Shown: piece by piece, positions 53,839-62,900 of the stretch | Layout of the letters: each line of letters starts with the position of its first letter | How positions within the stretch are numbered: position 1 is the stretch's first letter | DNA from: Squalus acanthias | Lineage: Eukaryota | Direction of reading: 5' to 3' | NCBI GenBank assembly: GCA_030390025.1 | Contig: CM059431.1 | Location: forward strand, 145,950,001-146,014,000 | DNA: 64,000 nucleotides | Translations under genes and position numbers: made by a program | The notes under the pieces: model-generated | Database searches by the model: none | What the model was told of the DNA's origin: nothing | The model's input: the letters and a program-made list of their open reading frames with translations, nothing else

Positions 53839-54094
53839 GGAAGAGAGGGAGAGAGTGACAGACAGACAGAGAAATAGAGAGAGAGAGATAGAGTGAGAGA
53901 GAGATAGTGAGAGCGAGACAGAGAGGAAAAGAGAGAAGACAGAGATAGGAAGAGAGACAGACGGAGAGAGAGAGACAGAGAGAGAGAGAGGAAGAGTGAG
54001 AGAGAGACATAGATGGAGAGTGAGGAAGATAGACAGAGAGAGAGACAGAGAGAGAGTTAGAGAGAGATAGAGAGACAGAGGGAGAGAGACAAAG

Positions 54095-54128
<34 letters not shown>

Positions 54129-54778
54129 AGAGACAGACAGAGAGAGAGAGAGAGAGAGATAGAGACCAAGAGAGAGACGAAGAGAGAGTGACAGCGAGAG
54201 GGAGGCAGAGATGGAGAGAGATAGTCAGAGAGAGAGAGCAAGTTACAGACAAAGAGAGCGAGACAGAGCATGGCAGACAGACTGAGTTATAAAGAGACAG
54301 ACAATGAGAGTGGGACAGAGATAGAGAGAGAGAGACAGAGAGAGGAAGAGTGAGGGAGAGAGAGAGAGAGAGAGGCACAGAGAGAGAGGAAGAGAAAAAG
54401 TATGAGAGAGACAGAGAGAGAGACAGAGAGTGACAGACAGACAGAGAAATAGGGAGAGAAATAGAGTGAGAGAGAGATAGAGAGAGCGAGACAGAGAGGA
54501 AAAGGGAGAGAGACAGAGAGTGACAGACAGACAGAGAAATAGAGAGAGAGAGATAGAGTGAGAGAGAGATAGTGAGAGCGAGACAGAGAGGAAAAGAGAG
54601 AGAGACAGAGATAGGAAGAGAGACAGAGAGAGAGAGACAGAGACGGAGAGAGAGAGACAGGGACAGAGAGAGGAAGAGTGAGAGAGAGACATAGATGGAG
54701 AGTGAGGAAGAGAGACAGAGAGAGAGACAGATAGAGAGTTAGAGAGAGATAGAGAGACAGAGGGAGAGAGACAAAGAG

Positions 54779-54812
<34 letters not shown>

Positions 54813-55841
54813 AGAGAGACAGAGAGAGAGACAGAGAGAGAGAGAAAGACAGAGAGACCGAGAGAGACAGAGAGAGAGAGACAGAGAGAGAGACAGACAG
54901 AGAGAGAGACAGAGAGAGACAGAAAAAGTGAGAGAGAGACCGAGAGACAGAGAGAGAGAGAGAGATAGAGAGAGAGAGAAAGACCGAGAGAGAGAGAGAG
55001 ACAGAGTGAGAGACAAAAAAAGTGAGAGAGAGAGAGAGAGACCGAGAGAGAGAGACAGAGATAGAGAGACAGAGAGAGAGAGAGAGAGAAACCGAGAGAG
55101 GGAGAGGCTGAGACAGAGAGAGAGAGAGACAGAAAAAGTGAGAGAGACAGAGAGATAGAGAGAGAGATACAGAGAGAGAGAAAGAGAAAAATATGAGAGA
55201 CAGAGAGAGAGAGACAGAGAGAGAGAGACAGAAAAAGTGAGAGAGAGACAGAGAGAGAGAAAGACTGAGAGAGAGGCAGAGACGGAGAGAGAGAGGCAGA
55301 GACGGAGAGAGAGAGACCGAGAGGCAGAGCGAGAGAAAGACCGAGAGAGAGACAAAGATAGAGAGACAGAGAGAGAGAGAGAGAGAGACAGAGGGACAGA
55401 GATAGAGAGAGAGATAGATAGAGAGAGAGCGACAAAGAGAGAGTGACAGAGAGAGGGAGAGGCAGAGACAGCGAGAGACAGAGGCAGAGATGGAGCGATA
55501 GACAGAGAGAGAGAGACAGAGAGAGAGAGCAAGATACAGACAAAGAGAGGGAGACAGAGCGTGGCAGACATACTGAGTTATAGAGAGACAGACAATGAGA
55601 GTGGGACTGAGATGGAGAGAGAGAGACAGAGAGAGGAAGAGTGAGGGAGAGAGAGAGAGAGAGAGGCACAGAGAGAGAGGAAGAGAAAAAGTATGAGAGA
55701 GACAGAGAGAGAAAGAGAGTGCCAGACAGACAGACAAATAGATAGAGTGAGATAGAGTGAGAGAGAGATAGAGAGAGCGAGACAGAGAGGAAAAGAGAGA
55801 GAGACAGAGATAGGAAGAGAGACAGAGAGAGAGAGAGAAAG

Positions 55842-55872
<31 letters not shown>

Positions 55873-56533
55873 TAGGGAGAGGCAGAGAAAGAGTGAGACA
55901 GAGAGAAAGATAGAGACTGAGAGAGAGAGTGTGAGATAGAGAGATAGAGTGAGAGACAGAGAGAGAGAGAGACAGAGAGGGAGACCGCGAGGCAGACAGA
56001 GATATATAGAGAAAGAGATAGAGACAGAGAGAGTGAGACAGAGACGGAGAGAGAGAGACAGGGGCAGAGAGAGAGGAAGAGTGTGAGAAAGACAGAGATG
56101 GAGAGTGAGGAAGAGAGACAGAGAAGGAGACAGAGAGAGCGAGAGATAAAGTGAGAGAGACACAGAGAGAGACATTAAGAGAGAGAAAGACAGCAAGAGA
56201 GAGAGAGACAGAGAGAGAGACAGACAGAGGGAGCGAGACAAAGAGAGATAGAGACAGAGAGAGAGACAAAAAGAGAGAGAGAGAGACCGCGAGAGACAGA
56301 GAGACCGAGAGAGAGAGAGAGACAGAGAGACCGAGAGAGAGAGACCGAGAGAGAGACAGAGAGAGAGAGACAGAGAGACAGAGAGAGAGAGACAGAGAGA
56401 GACAGAAAAAGTTAGAGAGAGACAGAGAGAGAGAGAGACAGAGAGAGAGAAAGACCGAGAGAGGGAGAGGCAGAGACAGAGAGAGAGTCAGAGACGGAGA
56501 GAGAGAGGCAGAGATGGAGAGAGCGAGACCTAG
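49116..56533 (+). repeat. Complex (GA)n/GACA array
   Basis: Same composition; the first part mirrors 29.4-34 kb. Confidence 0.97.
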
Positions 56534-57108
56534 TGTAGAATTCGCAATATATCGCGATTTTATTAATAAGGAGAAAACACAGAGTTTCGTTCAAACAGCT
56601 TTTATTTCAGCAGAATGCTGACAGGTTTAAAGTGGACACAAGCAGCCTGTAAAATGGCCGCCGCACCTCGGGACAGAACATTCTAGACTTTTCAACAGGC
56701 AGACAAGATGGCGTTCCAATAAACATTTGTGCAAGATCGATTAAGAGTCAGCACAGTGAAGATAATACACGAGACATTATGGGTTTGCAGTATACACATA
56801 GATACTGAAATCGGTCTCCCAGGTACAAAGGAAAGCCATTGTACCGAGTAATCAAGGGCCCATCCAAAGACATTAATATGTAAAATCCCAACGACTCTAC
56901 GATGAGAGAGCCGTTAGCAGGTAGTTATACAGGACACTTGGAAGCCCCAAAACCCCTCCAGGGAGAACGCCGACCGATTTAACAATGGGAGAAATATTAA
57001 CAGGTACTCAGACATTTACGAGTAGCCCCGAAACCCATTAAGAACGGAGATCACCCATACAAGACATTTGAGCGCCAGACCCTAAACAAAAGAATGGACA
57101 TTATAGTT

Positions 57109-57140
57109 GGGCGGGAAACGGAAGATTTTTGCACTATAAT
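57109..57140 (+). promoter_or_regulatory. Putative LTR core promoter (GC box + TATA-like)
   Basis: GGGCGG followed 26 nt later by TATAAT. The same arrangement is present in the solo LTRs and in LTR-B (GGCGGG...TATAAT at 13965). Confidence 0.55.
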
Positions 57141-57898
57141 TGCAGGCTCCAAACCGTCCATCTTTCTCTTGCTGCTCTTATCATCGTGGCTGCTCCTGTG
57201 TACTCGTAGTTGGGCTTCTGCTTGCCTGTTGCCTCTTCTGAAAAGACTGTTGAACTTTCTGATCCGTTCGGATCTACCTCGTGTCGCGTAACGAAGACCT
57301 ATATTGGTAACCGGTATCGGAACCAAAAGGCCCGAGAAGAGATGAGATGAGATGAGATGAGAAGAGAGGAAGACCATATCCATCGCCACGGTCAGTAAAT
57401 CCCGACCGCGCCTGTAGGTCGATTAGCCAAGTTTTCCTTGCCAGGAAGACTTCTTCGAACTTGCAAAGAAACATATCGTATCGATGATATTGACAACTGT
57501 GCTCGAAAAGTACCTGTTAAACCAACCAACACAGGTCTTCATCACAGCAGACGTTCCAGCCTGCTAGCCGGAGCAGCAGAAGCAAGTAAACAAGTGGGAC
57601 CAGGAGATCTCCTGACCGACACGTGGGTGCTGCGGTGAAAAACATCCGATCAGCTATTCGGAATTTCTCCGAGTTATCACGAGTGGTGAGCATGAGTCTC
57701 GAGATCCTACGAATCTAGTTTAGGATAGATATTGATAGGGGAGGGTTTAAGGATTAAGGATATTTGTAATGTGTGTCCCTATTTACTTTGTGCCGTTCGT
57801 TCCTCGTTTCCCTAAGATCGACTATATAACTGTTTGTAAGATTGTACTGTCATTAATCTGTGCTTATGACATGTATTTCATAATCTTAAGTATCATGC

Positions 57899-57904
57899 AA
57901 TAAA
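57899..57904 (+). terminator. LTR polyadenylation signal
   Basis: AATAAA is positionally conserved in all five LTRs (12316, 14748, 27946 rc and its duplicate, 57899). Confidence 0.75.
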
Positions 57905-58158
57905 GATTTTCCATTTCGTACCATTCAAACCGAGTCTACATGAGTTTCATCTCCATTACTGCTCTCGCATCTAAGTCCAGTGTCTAGAACCGTAAGGGAG
58001 AGTGATTCGAACCACTCACAGGTGTGTCTAGTGTTCCCAGACTGGCTGGAGACCAGAACAGGCAACAAGGCCTAGACCCGCACTGACATACAGGCTGCAC
58101 AGAGCCGCGTGAATCTCACAGGCTGCGAGACACGCAGGGTCAGAATCCCTTACAGAAA

Positions 58159-59970
58159 ATGGCGACCGCGGCAGGACACTGGCAGCGAGAGGGTAGTGTG
58201 TTAGATTTTGGAATGACTGTACGAAATGTTATGCAGGAAAAGATAGCGGATTATGTGTTTGGAAAGGTTAATCTAACTAAGAAATGGATAAGTGAATTGT
58301 TAGCGGATAAAAGCCCGCTAGAGGCAGCTGAAAGGTGGACAGATAGTAAAGAACATAGAAAGACACTTGAGAAAGCAGTCTGGCTTATGTGTTACAAAAG
58401 GCAGGTTCAGATTTCAAACCAGACCATTACAGCGCTAGTAGCTCGAATCAGTCATTTAGAGGGAGAAATGGATGAGAAGGTTTCTGGAGGGGAGGTGCTC
58501 ATTAAGAATTTAAATGAGTTACACCAAGAAAGCCAGGAAGTCTCCAGTCACCTTAAAACAAGGATAGATTATCTCGAGTGCCAGGTCACTGAGGCGAAGT
58601 TGAATGAAAGCAGGTTAAAGGAGAGATGTAACCGCCAAGCTGCCCAGATAAGAACTCAAGAAGAGAGCTTAACGGGGGTTAGGGCGGCATATAAGTTGGC
58701 CCTTGAGGATAAGTTTCAGGGAGCCGATCATAGCGCCTGCCAAAGGGAGATAGAGCACCTCAAAAAGGCCGTGAACAATGCGAACGGCATGGTGTGCCTT
58801 ATCAATCCGTCGGCACACCAGCCGCTAGTAAGTGAGAGATTTAAAAAATCCCCACCAAGTAAAGCAGAAGAAGTAGTAGCCACTGCGCCCTCCGCTCCAC
58901 CCAGCTATTCGGAAACCTGGGTTAGGGAGGAAGCAATGGAAGAAACAAAAGAGCCCATTGAAAAAGAAGTAGGAAAGGGATCGTTGTATCCAGTAACGGG
59001 TATTAAAAGGGGCCCAAGCAGAAACGGTGGGGAAGAACCGGGGGATCTCCTCGGACAGCTGGTGTTGCCTCACAGTTCACATCAGCTGAGAGCTATGATA
59101 AATCACGTACGGAAGCTGACCGAGGCAGACGACCCTTCCGTACATTTCAGAGAAGTTGAGCAAGCCGCAGCCATTAACGGCTGCGATGATGGGGAAACAG
59201 CAAAAATGCTGCTGTTCTCATTAGACAGCTCGGTCCTTCAGTGTCTCTCAGGCGAGAGCAAGAGGGGAACCAAGAGTTATGAGGAATTAAAGAATGAGGT
59301 CCTGGAAGTGTTGGGGGCGAACGACGAAGGTCCGTTTGCTCGAGTGGGACAGACAGTGCAGATGGAGGGAGAACCCCCGAAGGTTTTTGCCGACAGGCTG
59401 TGGCCGGTATATGAGCGCAGCTGCCTAGGTGCGCCCGAGCGCGAAGATGTGGAAGGCACCGCTTTAACTCATTGGCTTAGGTGCATAATAGCCAACAGTT
59501 TACCAGCCGTCAGAGAGCAGGCAAAAGCATGGTTTGATCCCAATGACCCCAACATTACGGAAGAGTCGGTCTTGAATCGACTCACGTTAGGTTATCGCAA
59601 TATAAGGGGTATGGCAACACGTCCCCTTAAGGGAAGGGTACATGAGGTACGACCCGCAGCCCCGTATCAAAGAGAGTGGCATCAGGAGGGTAATCGCGCC
59701 CCACAGGCAGGTAATGCTTGTTACGGGTGTGGGAAGACAGGGCACTGGCGCAAGCATTGCAGGAACCCTTGGAAGGATTCCAAGGATAAAAATCCCGCGG
59801 TCCGAGCCCAGGCGCCTGTCCCGGCTAAGGAAGCTAGTGCACCCACCCCTCCCGACGACCTCGAAGCAGTGTTAGGAGCCATGCGCAAGCTGGTCTTGAA
59901 TGCGCGTGGACAGGTGGCGGTCGCAACCAGCCCCGTAGGTGCCGCAGGACCGTCTAATAGTACCCCATGA
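58159..59970 (+). CDS. gag: Gag polyprotein (coiled coil, PSAPPSY late domain, capsid-like region, one CCHC knuckle)
   Basis: 603-aa ORF between the PBS and pol; CYGCGKTGHWRKHC at 59719-59760. The true start could be the second ATG at ~58213. Confidence 0.93.
   Translation: MATAAGHWQREGSVLDFGMTVRNVMQEKIADYVFGKVNLTKKWISELLADKSPLEAAERWTDSKEHRKTLEKAVWLMCYKRQVQISNQTITALVARISHLEGEMDEKVSGGEVLIKNLNELHQESQEVSSHLKTRIDYLECQVTEAKLNESRLKERCNRQAAQIRTQEESLTGVRAAYKLALEDKFQGADHSACQREIEHLKKAVNNANGMVCLINPSAHQPLVSERFKKSPPSKAEEVVATAPSAPPSYSETWVREEAMEETKEPIEKEVGKGSLYPVTGIKRGPSRNGGEEPGDLLGQLVLPHSSHQLRAMINHVRKLTEADDPSVHFREVEQAAAINGCDDGETAKMLLFSLDSSVLQCLSGESKRGTKSYEELKNEVLEVLGANDEGPFARVGQTVQMEGEPPKVFADRLWPVYERSCLGAPEREDVEGTALTHWLRCIIANSLPAVREQAKAWFDPNDPNITEESVLNRLTLGYRNIRGMATRPLKGRVHEVRPAAPYQREWHQEGNRAPQAGNACYGCGKTGHWRKHCRNPWKDSKDKNPAVRAQAPVPAKEASAPTPPDDLEAVLGAMRKLVLNARGQVAVATSPVGAAGPSNSTP
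58160..58177 (+). promoter_or_regulatory. Primer binding site, tRNA-Arg(TCG)
   Basis: TGGCGACCGCGGCAGGAC, 5 nt after the LTR end. It is complementary to ...GUCCUGCCGCGGUCG-CCA, the 3' end of a vertebrate tRNA-Arg(UCG) as I recall it. Confidence 0.85.
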
Positions 59971-62900
59971 CTAGAACCGGCGCAGCCCGTCTACCTGTGT
60001 CCGCTTAGCTATGATGCGTGGAGGCGACCTGTGGTGGAGATGGAGGTAGAGAAACAGAAGGGTAGTTATTTGTTGGACACGGGAGCTTCTTGCACCATAA
60101 TCCATACAGATAACCCTTTTGACTCGCCGCTATCTACCAAGGTCCCATTCACGTTAGCAGGGTTCACAGGAAAAGAACAGGCTGGCACGTTTTCCCTTCC
60201 GCTATCCATTCGTTTAGGAACACTTCGCCTTAAGTGGAAGTGTATACTGATGGCATGGCAAAAAGGGGGTGGAAGAGGTATTCTCGGGTCTGATCTCCTA
60301 GCGGGACACGGGATCCTCGTGGACCTCAGAAATCACTGTCTCTGGGGGGCTAAAGGTGAAAAAGGCGAGGTAATAGTGATTCCGGGGGAGGAAGAAACAG
60401 GGGTCCTGTGTACCGTACAGCCATCCGGAGGCTACGACCTCAGGCTTATGGTCGCAGATGTCCCAACGGACATGCAAACGTACGTGTCAGATAATATGCA
60501 CGCGTTTGCAACCCACAAGCACGATTGTGGGAGAGTGGTCGGGTTTGAGGTCAGCGTAGATGGGGACCCCATGACCCGACCCCAAAAGCAGTATAACTTC
60601 CCCAAAGAAGCAGAACCCGATATGGAGACAGCAATGTCTTCCTTGGTGCAGCAGGGCGTGTTGAGGCCGATAGCCACACACGTGAACTCCCCATTATGGC
60701 CGGTTAGGAAGCCGGATAATTCGTGGAGAGCCACGGTGGACTACAGAGTCCTTAACAGTAACATTCTCGCCTGCGCGCCCACAGTAGCAGCAGTTGCTGA
60801 CCTAATAGGGAGCATCCCAGCGTCCGCGACCACGTTCACGGTGCTGGATATCTCGAACGGTTTTTGGTCCATCCCGCTGCGGCGAGAGGACCAGTACAAG
60901 TTTGCCTTTACTTTCAAAGGGCAACAGTACACGTGGAACTGTCTGCCACAGGGTTTCCACAATAGCCCCAGTATTTTTCATCAGTGTATGGCAGGAAGTT
61001 TAAAGGAGTTTAGTCAGCCCAATCAGATAGTACAGTATGTGGATGATTTGCTCCTATTTACGGACTCAAGGGAGGAGCACGGACCACTACTGGACGAGTT
61101 ATTGGAGCTGTTAGCGAGAAAGGGTTTTAAAATAAACCCTAAGAAAGCACGTATCGGTCAGCGGGAAGTAAAATTCCTGGGATTGACCATACGCGCTGGG
61201 GAAAGAGCCATAGACAAAGCAAGGAGGGAGTCGGTGCAAGAATTACCGATTCCCAACAACGTAAGGGGTGTGAGGTCCTTCTTGGGACTGACCGGTTACT
61301 GCAGGGATTTTATCGAAGACGATGCGGCCACAGCGGCGCCGCTCCTCCGACTCCTCCATAAGGGGGTGGAGTGGCTTTGGGACGAGAGCTGCCAAGCAGC
61401 CTTCGAGAAGTTAAAAAGGGATCTGCAAACCGCGCCAGCCTTAGGGGCCATAGATGGGGGGAAGGAGTTTTTCCTGGAGGTAGCTGCCAGCGGAGACAGC
61501 TTAAGCGCCGTGCTGCTCCAAGAGCGTCACGGCAAGCTGAGGCCGGTTGTCTATTCATCCAGGGTGTTAACGGATGTGGAGAGAAGTTTCTCCAATTGCG
61601 AAAGGCACCTTTTAGCCACGCATTGGGCTGTGAAAAGATCAGCGATCTTCACAGGGCTCTCTCCCATCACTCTCCTCACACATCACACACCAACTAAGAT
61701 GCTTCTGGATGGGAGGATTAAAGACGGGACCGTAAGCAGCGCACGCATTGCGCGTTGGACCCTTCTCCTCTCCCAGTTGGATCTTAGAGTGAAAGGTCTT
61801 TGCGAGCCAAGGCTTGCGGCCAATTTGGCATACCCCGGTACAGCCCACCGGTGTTCGGTGGAAGGGGTGTGGGACGTCAACATAGGTTTACGGGCCGGGA
61901 TACATCCCACTGGGCGCGAGATTTATGTTGATGGGTCTAGCACAGTATCCGCTGGCGAGCGACTCACAGGGTGTGGAGTTTATGACCCTGCGGCAGACCT
62001 TGCCCTGGCGATCAAGCTCCCTAGCACCATGAGCGCGCAGCAAGCCGAGCTGTCTGCCGTGGTGTACGTTGTGACCCACCCAGACATTTTCCCAACCCCA
62101 TACACGATTTGCTCGGACAGTATGTTCACCTGCAATTCGTGTACGGAATACCTGGCCATTTGGTCCCGCCGCGGATACACCTCCGCGGACGGGCGACCTT
62201 TAACGGTGAAGCCCTTGCTGGAAAAGATCTTAGCAGCAGCAGTAGGGGAGGAAGGAGAGATTTTCATCCATAAGGTGAAAGCTCACTCCTCCACAGAGCC
62301 CCGTGGGGAGGGCAACCGGCAGGCGGATGCGCTAGCCAGGGAAGGTGCCCGCGACGGCACTTTCTGGAACCCCTATAGGACCGGACCCATAGCAGCGGTC
62401 CGAGGCGGGGACGGGAATCCCGGGAACACCAGGGTAGCATTGCCCCTAGACCTTAAGACCGTCCAAACCCAGGATCCCGCCCTAAAAGCAGTCCTAAAAA
62501 CGATTGCTGAGGGGAGGCAGGTAGAAGGTCCGTACAGTACGGCAACCCTCTCAGTTAAGGAAGGCATGCTGTTCCGCGAGGAGCAGTGGGTTGTGCCGCA
62601 GCAGCACAGGAGGGAATTCCTCCAGTTGGCTCACGAGGGACCAGGGGCAGGGCACCCCGGGCCCGAGGTTACCTGGCAACGGGTAGAGCAAGCGGGATGG
62701 TGGCCAGGGCTCAGGGAACAAGTCCGCGAGTTCTGTGCAAGCTGTCTTGTGTGCGCTGCAAACAACCCAGACCCCCAGAAAAGGAAGGTGCCCATGGGAC
62801 ACGTAAGAAGGGTAGAGGGACCATGGCAGTCGATACAGATCGACTATATAGGACCCCTGCCCACCACCCAGGGAGGTTATAAGTATTGCCTCGTCCTGGT

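Larger units (their letters stand above)
56534..58154 (+). repeat. 5' LTR of ERV2 (LTR-C, 1621 bp)
   Basis: Boundaries defined by homology to the solo LTRs; TGTA...TACA; GC box at 57109; TATAAT at 57135; AATAAA at 57899. Confidence 0.94.

Noticed and set aside
14825..56621. Many long ORFs rich in SLSLC or RERETE, up to 1132 aa
   Set aside because: These are translations of (GA)n/(TC)n repeats that happen to lack stop codons; there is no real protein signature.
57094..57291. Hydrophobic 65-aa ORF in LTR-C
   Set aside because: It overlaps the putative promoter and has no equivalent ORF in the related solo LTRs.
58000..58177. tRNA gene suggested by GGTTCGAATC and tRNA-like sequence
   Set aside because: No cloverleaf or A-box; these are the U5 hairpin and the PBS.
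60432..60734. 100-aa antisense ORF present in both copies (also 4298-4600)
   Set aside because: Explained by conserved RT codons on the opposite strand; no independent evidence of coding.
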